A DNA stretch of 64,000 nucleotides from an uncultured delta proteobacterium (lineage in GTDB: Bacteria > Desulfobacterota > Binatia > Binatales > Binataceae), in contig CAWFDW010000002.1 in NCBI GenBank assembly GCA_963814715.1, positions 65,800 to 129,799 of the forward strand, given 5' to 3'. The notes below the pieces were generated by a model. That model worked only from the letters and a program-made list of their open reading frames with translations, was not told where the DNA came from and did no database searches. The position numbers and the translations under genes were made by a program. Below are positions 41,605 through 50,810 of this stretch, piece after piece. Within the stretch, counting starts at the first letter, position 1, and each line of letters opens with the position of its first letter.

Positions 41605-42498
41605 ATGCAGACAACCGAATCCGTTTGGCACTTTCGAGCGTCGAATCCAACCGATACAATCGAGTGGTATATGTTGTTTGCTCTTTGGGACTACCTGAAT
41701 TATCGGCGTCGCTCAGGCCGATACGGGAAAGAACTTCGCGGAGACTACGGAGACTATATGTCAGGTGCCTGGGATAATACTCTCCCGCCTTACGTAATTT
41801 CGATGTTGGAGGATTTTGACCTGCTCGCTTTTGAAACCTTTGAGCATTTCCCATCTTGGGCAATTATGTATGGAACTAGTTCACTCGTTAGTCATGTAGC
41901 GATGTTCGCGAAACCTGCAAATGTCGCGCATATGACAGGCAAAGGATTCACGATCGAACCCATAGCTAACGTGTTCAATTCCAATGTGCGAGTCTTACCG
42001 GTTAAAATAAACAGACCCGAGCATCCTTTGCCCACGATGGAGCAAGCGACCAAGGAACATCATGGGTTACCCTACGGTTGGCACGTCGTTCGTGGAAAGG
42101 CGCTCAAAATCATCTCTGGGCGACACTATCACTATTGGAGATGGAAATTCTTTTTTGATGTCGCCGTTGTACTTCTTCTTCTAGATTTGCCAATTAGATT
42201 GATTCTGGGCAGATTTGTTTTCTCATGGCTCATACTACCCTACCTATGTTTGGTGCTTTTCAACTTAGTCCGCTGGAGATTTCAGCCGCTGCCGCTGGAC
42301 GAAAACAATGCCACCCCCTTCGACATTTTGTGGAAGACGATGGATAAGGGGGGCGCAGCAGTGTATGACGCCGGTTCACTACACCAGCAATTGGAGCGCC
42401 ACAGACGAGTGACCGAAACATCATCATCAGAGCAAGGTAAAGAGCAAGAGCGCCCTTTTAACATTATTGTGGTAAAATCAAACTACCCTGAAAGATAG
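41605..42498 (+). CDS. Hypothetical membrane protein (low-GC island gene 1; start may be ATG 41671)
   Basis: Intact 297-aa ORF with a soluble N-terminal part of about 170 aa. It is followed by two predicted TM helices (FFFDVAVVLLLLDLPIRLILGRFVFSWLILPYLCLVLFNLV) and an acidic/polar tail. I recognise no family. Confidence 0.55.
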   Translation: MQTTESVWHFRASNPTDTIEWYMLFALWDYLNYRRRSGRYGKELRGDYGDYMSGAWDNTLPPYVISMLEDFDLLAFETFEHFPSWAIMYGTSSLVSHVAMFAKPANVAHMTGKGFTIEPIANVFNSNVRVLPVKINRPEHPLPTMEQATKEHHGLPYGWHVVRGKALKIISGRHYHYWRWKFFFDVAVVLLLLDLPIRLILGRFVFSWLILPYLCLVLFNLVRWRFQPLPLDENNATPFDILWKTMDKGGAAVYDAGSLHQQLERHRRVTETSSSEQGKEQERPFNIIVVKSNYPER

Positions 42499-42538
42499 CG
42501 CGCGCATTGGTACATGCTTAGAGGGGTGAGAATCTGCC

Positions 42539-43036
42539 GTGGATGCTGCTCAAATTCAACTCATCAAAGACATGGTCGCATCTTCTTGCGGAACAACGAA
42601 CTGGGCCACCTTGGCTGCTGTCGGAACTGCTTTTGCCGCGGTCATCATCAGTCCGTTCGTGGCTCTCAGAGTTGCGAAGAAGCAGATTCAAGCGAGCACA
42701 GTATCGGCTAACCGACAAGCGTGGATAGATTCTCTACGGAGTGAACTTGCTGAATTCCTGTCTCACATTACAGCTTTAAGTTTGTTATCGACGGACAAAG
42801 ACTCTCGCGAAATCGCTGCACGCGTGGTTCTAGTCGAATCAAAAATTCGGCTGAGGCTCAATCCAAATGAAGAAGACCACATCCAATTAATCGCTTTATT
42901 GAGAAAAGCGGCCGAAACAAGTGATAAGGCTCGCTTTAAAGAGCAAAAGTTCCTTGAGCGCACTACCGAAGATATTGTCTGGCTTAGTCAGGGCGTGCTG
43001 AAGCGAGAATGGGTAAGAGTTAAGAAAGGAGAGTAG
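42539..43036 (+). CDS. Hypothetical N-terminally membrane-anchored protein (low-GC island gene 2)
   Basis: Intact 165-aa ORF with TM WATLAAVGTAFAAVIISPFVALRVA, followed by a helical region NRQAWIDSLRSELAEFLSHI...REWVRVKKGE. I recognise no family. Confidence 0.6.
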   Translation: MDAAQIQLIKDMVASSCGTTNWATLAAVGTAFAAVIISPFVALRVAKKQIQASTVSANRQAWIDSLRSELAEFLSHITALSLLSTDKDSREIAARVVLVESKIRLRLNPNEEDHIQLIALLRKAAETSDKARFKEQKFLERTTEDIVWLSQGVLKREWVRVKKGE

Positions 43037-43397
43037 GTAATCACTTCATCCACTACCAAAGTAGGTAGTTAAGGGTTCTCGACTTCGATTGCCGGTGTTT
43101 GTACTCAAGCACCTTCTCCTAGGGAACGCCTGGCCTGCAGCACGCCAAAAATCCTCTCTCCGTGGGAGGGGTCCATCGGGCATTCATTCGAGGTAACTCG
43201 GCGAATTCTTTTTTTCGAGAATCCGAGGCGAAGGCGGCGGCGCGAATAGGTTTAGGGCGATTCGCGTTTCGTTCTCCTGAACTAAAAACGTTTCACGTGA
43301 AACATTTTTACCCGAAAGCCCAATCTTAACAAGTACTTACAAAAATCGAGTCCCCGTTTCACGCACAATTCTAAGTGACTCGTTGTCGGCAACCTTT

Positions 43398-43869
43398 TCA
43401 ACTTAGTGTCAACGGTATTTCGACAAATTCCTTCTTCTCAGCATCCCACGCAAACGCAGCCGCGCGCGCGAACTTCCCCGCGCGAATCGACAGCACAATA
43501 TAAATCGTGTCGGGATAGTCCGGCTCCGTCGGATCAAACGAACACGCCTGCGCGCGGTCGGTCGCGGAAAAGTACGCGTCGTGATCAGGATGCGAATGGT
43601 AAACGACCCGCAGCGCGAGCTTGCGCGCATCGACTTCGTTCATCACCGCCAGATGCTCCTTCGGCTCCATCAGGAACGCGGTCCGCGCGTCGCGCGGGAA
43701 CGCCAGCTGGATCTTTCGCGTGCATCGCGTTCTGGATGTTCGCGATCGGCCGCACTTCCTCGACCTTGTCGTCGCCGATGATGAAGCCGCAGCACTCGAA
43801 CGGGAACTCGCGCTCCGCCTGCGCGACGATCGCGTCCATCGTCGCGCGGCGTATCGATGCGGTCTTCAT
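43398..43869 (-). CDS. Mov34/MPN/PAD-1 (JAMM) family metalloprotease (frame break about 43690)
   Basis: ORF 43585..43869 gives EREFPFECCGF (catalytic Glu region). ORF 43398..43670 gives HSHPDHDAYFSATD, the JAMM H-x-H-x7-S-x2-D motif. Confidence 0.8.
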
Positions 43870-44848
43870 CGCTGCTCCTTCTTTTGCGTGATTCGTTCCG
43901 CAGCTCGGATCAGCCGCGTCAGCATCCGATTCGTTTCCGCCTCGAGGCCGAGCCGATCGGCCAGCTCGACGATCTTCCCGTTCAGCGCGCCGATATCAGT
44001 ACGCCCGCGAACGTGCAGGTCGTGCAGCATCGTCGGGCGATGACTGACCGTCGGCGGGATCAACTGCTCGTAGAAGACCTTTCGATATTCGTCCGCATTT
44101 GAAAAGGGCAGGGCGACGCCGAGCGCGCGCGCGACTGCGAACGCCTCTTCGATCGCGCGATCCATGATCGGCCGCACATCCGGATCAGCGGCGAGCGCGC
44201 CGTAGTTCTGCTGCAAAAGCGCGCCGAGCGGATTCAGCGCGACGTTGTACAGAATCTTGGCCCACAGCACCGGCATGATGTCCTCGACGCCGACCGTCGG
44301 GACGCCGGCCGCGTCGATCATCGCGGCAATCGCGCGAGCGCGCTCCGCAAGTCGCGGCGAGAGTTCGCGATGAATCGCGGGCGCCGGGCCGATCGCGACC
44401 GGCTGCGCGAACACCGTCACGTGCGCGCTACCCGGCGAGGGCATTTCCGCGCCGAAGATCACGCGCGCACCCAGCACGCGCCCGCCGTCCGAACCGCTCG
44501 ATCAGCGTCTCGATATTGCCGAGTCCATTTTGCATCGAGACGATCACGCCGTCGTCGGTCAAACCGTCAACGAGCGCCGCCGCGATCAATTCGGTGTCGT
44601 AACTCTTCACCGTGCAGAGGATCAAACCGAACTGCCTATCGAGCTTCGCTGGATCGTCGGCGACCTTAATGCAGGTGATTCTGCGATCACCAAGCAGTCC
44701 CGAAATCCTCAGACCGTCGCGCGCGATCGCTTCCATATGCGCGCGACGCCCGAGCAGCGTGACGTCGTGCCCCGCGTCATGCAGCATCCCGCCGACGATC
44801 GAGCCGATCGCGCCGGCGCCCGCGATCGAGTATGGGAGTATCGGCCAT
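43866..44848 (-). CDS. 2-dehydropantoate 2-reductase (ApbA/PanE) family oxidoreductase, about 2 frame breaks
   Basis: Own translation gives IAGAGAIGSIVGGML (Rossmann). ORF 44428..44787 gives LCTVKSYD, and ORF 43866..44477 gives RPTMLHDLHVRGRTDIGALNGKIV (ApbA_C motif). ATGA overlaps the JAMM gene. Confidence 0.8.
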
Positions 44849-44936
44849 CGTGTCGAAGTTATCGGTCGCCGAATCGTTAGACAACGTATCCGGTCGGCGC
44901 TTGCCGCCGGGCAATCGCGCGCAGTAGGAAGTAGTC

Positions 44937-45780
44937 ATGGAACGGACTTCGATTCGATTGGGTGGCGTCGAGCTCGCGTCGTCGGTGATGAACGCGTCGG
45001 GCGCGCGATCGGCGGAGCGCGGCGAGATCTACGAGCTGTGCGCGGTGCATGGCGGCGCGATCGTGTTCAAGTCGTGCAATCGCGCCGGCCTCGAGACGCC
45101 TGAGAATCTGAAGAATAAGGGCGTCGAATATTTCGCGGAGATCGCTCGCGAGCTCACGGCGCGCGGCAAGAAGATTATCGGCAGCGTCGTCGGCGCCAGC
45201 GAAGAGGAGTTCGTCGACGTCGCGAGGATGCTCGATCGCGCCGGCGCCGTCATCGTCGAGCTGAACCTGGCCGACGACTACGTGACGAAGTCGGTGGCGC
45301 CGTTCGCATCCTTCGAGCGCCTCAAATCCATGCTCGGCAGAGTGCGCGGCGAAACCGGATGCGTGCTCGCGGTGAAAGTGCCGCCACGGATTCCGTTCGA
45401 GCCGCGCGCAATCGCGGACCTGTTCAAGTCGATGCGCATCGCGATCGCAGTATGCGCCAACGATCTGCCGAAGGATCTTTCGATCGACCTCGCGAGCGGA
45501 GCGGTGGATGGGCCGTCGCGCACGCTTGTCGCAAGCGCATGCGTTCTTCATCGAGAGCGAAAACCTGCTCGACGTGGTCGCGGTCGGCGGAATCAACACG
45601 GGCCGCGACGCATACATCGCGCATCTGACCGGCGCGAAGGCGGTGCAGGTCGGATCGGCCCTGATGAAAGAAGGTGCGGGCGCGCTGGGCCGAATCGATC
45701 GCGAGCTGGACTCGATGCTCGCCGAGCATGGCCACAAATCGGTGTCTGAAATCGTCGGCAAGGTGCGCTTCACCGGATGA
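44937..45780 (+). CDS. Dihydroorotate dehydrogenase-like (class 1 DHOD/DPD TIM-barrel) protein (frame break about 45510)
   Basis: LASSVMNASG, LAVKVPP and VAVGGINTGRDAYIAHLTGAKAVQVGSAL (FMN-phosphate binding region) are present. Confidence 0.7.
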
Positions 45781-45899
45781 GTCCTCGCGCAGCGCGACCG
45801 CCGGCCGTCGCGACTTGCTCCGCTTCTCGCCGCTCTGATAGTTTCGGCAATCAGGCGCGCGCATCGCGCGCGTTCGTATTTTCGGGTTCCGTCGCCAAC

Positions 45900-45974
45900 G
45901 TCCCCGTCGTCTAGCTCGGCCTAGGACACCGGCCTTTCACGTCGGTAACACGGGTTCAAATCCCGTCGGGGACG
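45900..45974 (+). tRNA. tRNA-Glu (anticodon UUC)
   Basis: The sequence folds as a cloverleaf: acceptor GTCCCCG/CGGGGAC, anticodon stem CCGGC/GTCGG with loop CTTTCAC, T-arm ACGGG-TTCAAAT-CCCGT. It closely resembles E. coli tRNA-Glu. CCA is not encoded. Confidence 0.95.
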
Positions 45975-46085
45975 CTCGCTGATCCGAAGTGCGCCTTTCG
46001 CCGAATCCTGGTGCACCCAACCAGCGGGTTGGGAAAGACCTGAAAACCCGGTGTCGCCTGCGGACGCCCTGAATTGATCGGCTAG

Positions 46086-47372
46086 CTAGCGCATGGCGCT
46101 CGCCAAATGCTCCGGCCTTGCCAGTCGGGCTTGCCGCTCCAGAGCGTTCATCCGCTCAGCGAGCGCGTCGATCTGAGCGTCCTTTTTATTGAGCGCGTCG
46201 ACCTGCTTTTGTTGCGAAGCCACCTGTCGCTGCAGGGCCGCGATTCGCGCATCTTTTTGTGCGAGTTGGTGGGACAGTTTCTGAACCTCGTTGAGCAGCA
46301 TCGCCGGCAGCACTTGATATGCAACCGTCTCGGCCCTGCCGTCGCGGCCATCAATTACCAGCTCCGGATAGACCTTCTCGACCTCTTCGGCAATCAGTCC
46401 ATATTGTTCACTATCGGTGGAGTCGGCTTTGTAGCGAAAGGTTACCGGTCGGAGCTTCATCAGTTTGTCGCTGGCGTCACCCATATCGCGGATGTCGCGT
46501 TTGTAGCGCGCCGACGACTTTGCGCAGCTGAGCAGGCCGGTGCTTTCGACCTGTACGTCGCAGCCTTTCTTTATCGATGGCCCGTCGAAAATCCCGGCGA
46601 CATAGGTCCGGTTCTGCGTGCCCTCCGTGCCAATTCGGATAGTGTTGGATTCGACCGCGACGCCTTCGCTGCCAACGTCGATGTTGTTGTCTCCGATATT
46701 GAGATTGACGCCTGCGTTGGCGCCGATACCGATATTGGAAGTGCCGATGCTGAATTCGAGGGCCTGATTTCCGAAGGCGGTGTTGAACTCACCCGTCTGA
46801 TTTGTAAAGAGGGCGGCATACCCGCTGGCGGTATTGTTGCCGCCCGAGATGTTGTTTATCAGCGCGTCCAGCCCGGTGGCAGTATTCTCGTCGCCCGAGA
46901 CGTTCTCGCTGAGCGCACTTATTCCGATCGCGGTATTATATCCGCCTGTAGTATTCGTTCGGAGGGCGTCGCCTCCGATGGCGGTATTGGAGTCACCGGT
47001 CGTGTTGAATTGGAGGGCATCATCTCCGGCGGCGGTATTCCCGTCGCCTGACCTGTTCAAACTAAGGGCGGAATCTCCGATGGCGGTGTTGGTGACGCCG
47101 GTCGTGTTGAATTCGAGGGCATCCATCCCGACGGCGGTATTGTTTTCGCCACCAAAAATGCCACCGCTGAGCTGAAGGGCATCGAATCCGACCGCAGTAT
47201 TGCCTCCATTGAGACTGGTGGCGTTGACTAGCGGTGTGCAGGTACCGCCAAGAGTCGCGCCGGATCCCGCGCAGGTGTCCGTACCGGCTCCCGCCGCGGC
47301 GACAGCCACGCTCGCCAGCACCATCACGACAGCCGCCGTCAGATTGAAAGCAAGACTTGGTACTATCTTCAT
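46086..47372 (-). CDS. Secreted tail-fibre-domain protein: YadA-head-like 14-residue repeats + peptidase S74 intramolecular chaperone domain + coiled coil
   Basis: Intact 428-aa ORF with a signal peptide. About 10 repeats follow the pattern NTA(I/V)GxxALxxNTTG. Then come NTIRIGTEGTQNRTYVAGI, SSARYKRDIRDM...LRPVTFRYK...GLIAEEVEKVYPELV...VAYQVLPAMLLNEVQKL (S74 signature) and a C-terminal heptad-rich tail. Confidence 0.8.
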   Translation of the reverse strand: MKIVPSLAFNLTAAVVMVLASVAVAAAGAGTDTCAGSGATLGGTCTPLVNATSLNGGNTAVGFDALQLSGGIFGGENNTAVGMDALEFNTTGVTNTAIGDSALSLNRSGDGNTAAGDDALQFNTTGDSNTAIGGDALRTNTTGGYNTAIGISALSENVSGDENTATGLDALINNISGGNNTASGYAALFTNQTGEFNTAFGNQALEFSIGTSNIGIGANAGVNLNIGDNNIDVGSEGVAVESNTIRIGTEGTQNRTYVAGIFDGPSIKKGCDVQVESTGLLSCAKSSARYKRDIRDMGDASDKLMKLRPVTFRYKADSTDSEQYGLIAEEVEKVYPELVIDGRDGRAETVAYQVLPAMLLNEVQKLSHQLAQKDARIAALQRQVASQQKQVDALNKKDAQIDALAERMNALERQARLARPEHLASAMR

Positions 47373-47488
47373 TTAATTTCTCCTTGGCCGATTTAATCGA
47401 AGGAAGGAGATGCGGTGCTACCTGAGGTAGCGGCTCGCCGCGAGGTTTCAACGGCGTTGGTAACTCGGAGCACCGAAAAGGAACTGCT

Positions 47489-48652
47489 TCAGAGGGCGCG
47501 TAGCGAATCGACTATCGGGATTCGCGCCGCTCGCCATGCCGGGAGCAGTCCACCGAGTGCGCCGATCACGCATGCGGCGCCAAGTCCGCCGGCGAATGCG
47601 GCGGGCGTTAGCGTGAAGGCGAAGATAAGAGTTTCGATGCTCATCAGGTGAGCGCTTAGTCCGGTCGCCCACGCAAGCGTTACGCCGAGGACCTCTCCCA
47701 GCAGACCACCTAGCAGGGCCAACAAGATACTCTCGAAGAAAACCGCCGCGAGGATCGACGTGCGGCTGAAACCGAGCGCGCGCAACACTCCGACCTCGCG
47801 CGTGCGGCGCGCAACCGCCGAGTACATCGTGTTCATGCCGCCGAACACACTGCCCACCGCGAGGATTCCCGCCAGCACCAGGCCTAGCGCACGCATCTGA
47901 TCGGCGAGACGCGATTGCTGTGCGTAGAATCGGCGCTCGGGCATCGCGTCGAGCATGAGGCGCGGATCGCTTTCAAGCGCGGCGACCAGGCTTGCCTCGG
48001 AGCCATGCTTGATCGCGAGATGGACCGCGGAGAAACCGTGGCCGAAGTGAACGTCCTGCTGGAGCGCGTCGAGATCGCCCCATACTTCGGATTCGCGAGT
48101 GCTGCCGCCGTCGGAGAAGATTCCGACGATAGTCCACTGACTTCGCCCGAGTTGAAGGAGGCGACCGGGCGCGAGTCCGGGAAATTTCGCCGCGAGCCGC
48201 GCACCGACGATCAATTCCGGACGCTGCGGAGCGGGGAGACGTCCGGCGGATATTCGTATGCCGCGATGCACCTGGTATGCGACGGGAAGGACGCCGCGCA
48301 GATAGGTGAAGTCTGACAGTCGCAGCGGAGCGTCCGCCTCAGGATTGAAAGCAGTCACCATCTCGGGCGATACGAGCGCTGCGCCATCGGCGCCAAGCGC
48401 CAGCTCCGGCCGCGCCTTGATGATCTCGTACTGTTCGAGCGTCACGTAGCTGCCCGGTTCCGACGAGACGCCCCGCGAAAGGACGATCCAGTTCTCGCCT
48501 GGGCCCGCGCGAAGCATCGTCCGACGCAATCCCGCGACAAATCCCAGCAGCAAAAACAGGATCATCACGACCAGCGCGACGCCCATCGCCGTCATGAGCG
48601 AGCTGGTCCACCGGACCCGGATACTGCGAACGCTGTACCTGACGGGGATCAT
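47489..48652 (-). CDS. ABC transporter permease, FtsX/MacB-type
   Basis: Intact 387-aa ORF with an N-terminal TM, a large periplasmic domain and a C-terminal FtsX 3-TM bundle (VGVLRALGFSRTSILAAVFFESILLALLGGLLG). Confidence 0.85.
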   Translation of the reverse strand: MIPVRYSVRSIRVRWTSSLMTAMGVALVVMILFLLLGFVAGLRRTMLRAGPGENWIVLSRGVSSEPGSYVTLEQYEIIKARPELALGADGAALVSPEMVTAFNPEADAPLRLSDFTYLRGVLPVAYQVHRGIRISAGRLPAPQRPELIVGARLAAKFPGLAPGRLLQLGRSQWTIVGIFSDGGSTRESEVWGDLDALQQDVHFGHGFSAVHLAIKHGSEASLVAALESDPRLMLDAMPERRFYAQQSRLADQMRALGLVLAGILAVGSVFGGMNTMYSAVARRTREVGVLRALGFSRTSILAAVFFESILLALLGGLLGEVLGVTLAWATGLSAHLMSIETLIFAFTLTPAAFAGGLGAACVIGALGGLLPAWRAARIPIVDSLRAL

Positions 48653-48655
48653 CGG

Positions 48656-49810
48656 TCATACGATCTGACTGATACCGAGCGCCGGCGCGATGCGGAGTAC
48701 TCTCCAGACCGGTGCGACGCCGCTCAGCAGAGTAGTTGCGATCGCGACGACGAGTGCGGTCGCGGCGGCGGCCGGATGCACCCACAGCGCGCCGGCGCCG
48801 CCGAGCGACTCGATGACGACGCCGTAGCCGAAAATCCACAGCGCCGCGCCGGCGCCAAGGAGGCCGCCGCACAGGCCTATCGCGCCGCATTCGCCGAACA
48901 GCATCGCGGCTATCGCGGGACGGCCGAAGCCGATGGCGCGCATGATCGCGACTTCGTTGACGCGCTCGCGGACCATCATGGCCGCCGAATTTGCCGCAAT
49001 CAGCAGCATCGTCAGGATCACAAGCACGCAGAGGCTGAGCACGATGCCGCGCAAGTCGCCCAGCGCGGAAAGGCCGGCTGCCAGCGCGTCGCTCTCGGTC
49101 AGGGTGCGCGTCTGGTAGTCGGAGTTGCGGAAAGTTTCGTCGATCAGATGAGATAGCGCATTCAAATTTTCGGAACGATCGACGCGCACGACGAGATCGG
49201 TGGCCAGACCGGCGCCGGGATAGCCGTTGGCGGTGCGCACCTGCTCGAGGTAGTCGCGGCGGAAGGCAAAGACGTTTGAGTAGCGCTTGGAGGGCAGCTC
49301 ACCGAGCAGCACGAAGGTGAGCTGCAGCTGATCGCGGTCGGTCCCGCGCAGTGTGATCAGGTCGCCCGGCTTGCGCCCGTATTTGCGCATCAGCACGCTG
49401 CCGGCGAATGCGCCGCGGCGCTCGCGGTATAGCGCGCGTCGCGCGTCGCCCGACAAATCATAGTCGGGGAAGACGTCGGCGATTTCGAGTCCCTCCGCTA
49501 CGGCGAGGATCCGGTCGCCGCCGCCAAGGAAAGTCGCGGGCCAAAGCGTGGTCGCCACGCATGCGGCGCACCCGGGCATCGCGCGGATGCGATCGCAGTA
49601 GTGCGCCGGCATCCCGAGCAAGGGCAGGCTGCGATTGACCACGATCAGGCGCAGGGTCGCCGACGCGTCACTCACGATGCGATTGATCGAATCCGGCACC
49701 GACACGAGCACGGCGAAAATGAAAGTCGCGAGCGCGACGGTCAGCGCGGTGAGCACGCTGCGGCGAGGATTGCGCGGCAGATTCCGCATCACCAGTCTGA
49801 AAATGTACAT
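48656..49810 (-). CDS. ABC transporter permease, FtsX/MacB-type
   Basis: From ATG 49810: MYIFRLVMRNLPRNPRRSVLTAL. The C-terminal FtsX motif is VAIMRAIGFGRPAIAAMLFGECGAIGLCGGLLG. Confidence 0.85.
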   Translation of the reverse strand: MYIFRLVMRNLPRNPRRSVLTALTVALATFIFAVLVSVPDSINRIVSDASATLRLIVVNRSLPLLGMPAHYCDRIRAMPGCAACVATTLWPATFLGGGDRILAVAEGLEIADVFPDYDLSGDARRALYRERRGAFAGSVLMRKYGRKPGDLITLRGTDRDQLQLTFVLLGELPSKRYSNVFAFRRDYLEQVRTANGYPGAGLATDLVVRVDRSENLNALSHLIDETFRNSDYQTRTLTESDALAAGLSALGDLRGIVLSLCVLVILTMLLIAANSAAMMVRERVNEVAIMRAIGFGRPAIAAMLFGECGAIGLCGGLLGAGAALWIFGYGVVIESLGGAGALWVHPAAAATALVVAIATTLLSGVAPVWRVLRIAPALGISQIV

Positions 49811-49841
49811 AGCGGGAAAGTTTCCGCCGACGGTAACCGAA

Positions 49842-50777
49842 CTATGCGGGGACCGGACGCCGCAGATGCGCGCATCCGCCGAGGCTGCTGCCGCTGACCA
49901 GGTGATACAACGCATCCAGTTGCCGCGCGCCCGTTCCCATCGCGTTCAGGAAGACGTTGGAATCCTCGACGACCTCGAGCCGCGGATCGACGCGTCGCAA
50001 CTCGTTCGGACTGTGCACCGTCCAGGCGAAGGTCGTGCCGAGTTGACGATGCGCCGGGCGCCGGGTCACGATCCATGCGCCGAACGGACTGGCGTAGTCG
50101 AATGCAATCTCGAGGCTCGCGCGGCGAGCGTCGGCGGCCTCCGCTTGCGCACGGAACAGCGACTCGACTTGCGCGCGCTGCAAGAAATACAGAACGCCTT
50201 CAGCAACGACGATCGCCGGTCGGCCATTGTCCCATGGCAGTGTGGTGAAGAGCTGAGAGTCCGTAATGTCGCCGGCGATGATTCGGCGGCATGCAGTTTC
50301 GGGATAGAACCGCCGGCGAATCGCAATCACGTTCGGCAGATCGACATCGATCCACGCGAATCGGCCGTCGCCTGCCGCTTCCAGATCTTCGAAGCTGGCG
50401 TCGAGCCCGCAGCCGAGGTTGATGCACAACCCGTCGGGGTGGCGTTCGAGAAACCCGCGGACGGTCTGCCCGAACCATTGCGATCGGAGCACGACGGCGC
50501 GGACTTCGCTGGGGTTGAGATTGAAGCGTCGGGGGTCAACGTCGAGCTCGTCGAGGATCTCGCGCGATCTGTGGTGATTGTACTGAAGTTCCGGCGCGTC
50601 AGTCGCGGCGAGCATTTTCGCCGCCAGCGTAATCAGCATCGTGGCCGATACGCCGGGCAGATCGGACAAGCTCGGGGCGAGCGTCACGTCGGGGGAAGAA
50701 TGCGGTTGGCGATCGATTCGATCCACGTCCTTTACAGAGCGAACGCCTACGCATAGCCGATGCGCTCGGAGTTTCAC
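49842..50777 (-). CDS. Class I SAM-dependent methyltransferase (LCM/TcmP-like O-methyltransferase family); start uncertain
   Basis: LCINLGCGLDASFEDL (motif I-like), WIDVDLPNVI and VAEGVLYFL are present. Confidence 0.65.
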   Translation of the reverse strand: MKLRAHRLCVGVRSVKDVDRIDRQPHSSPDVTLAPSLSDLPGVSATMLITLAAKMLAATDAPELQYNHHRSREILDELDVDPRRFNLNPSEVRAVVLRSQWFGQTVRGFLERHPDGLCINLGCGLDASFEDLEAAGDGRFAWIDVDLPNVIAIRRRFYPETACRRIIAGDITDSQLFTTLPWDNGRPAIVVAEGVLYFLQRAQVESLFRAQAEAADARRASLEIAFDYASPFGAWIVTRRPAHRQLGTTFAWTVHSPNELRRVDPRLEVVEDSNVFLNAMGTGARQLDALYHLVSGSSLGGCAHLRRPVPA

Positions 50778-50810
50778 AAGAGACCTGTCGGGAGCGGGAT
50801 TGTCGTGAAG

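Noticed and set aside
42258-43404. A 14-bp direct repeat CTTTTCAACTTAGT at 42258-42271 and 43391-43404 as possible att-like borders of the island
   Set aside because: One copy lies inside island gene 1 rather than at the compositional boundary. A single 14-mer match is within chance expectation for a 64-kb window scanned on both strands, and no integrase is present.
45900-47372. A prophage or integrative element at tRNA-Glu because of the adjacent tail-fibre-domain gene
   Set aside because: There is no integrase or excisionase, no capsid, terminase or tail genes, and no direct repeat of the tRNA 3' end in the following 4 kb. The tail-fibre-like gene stands alone.
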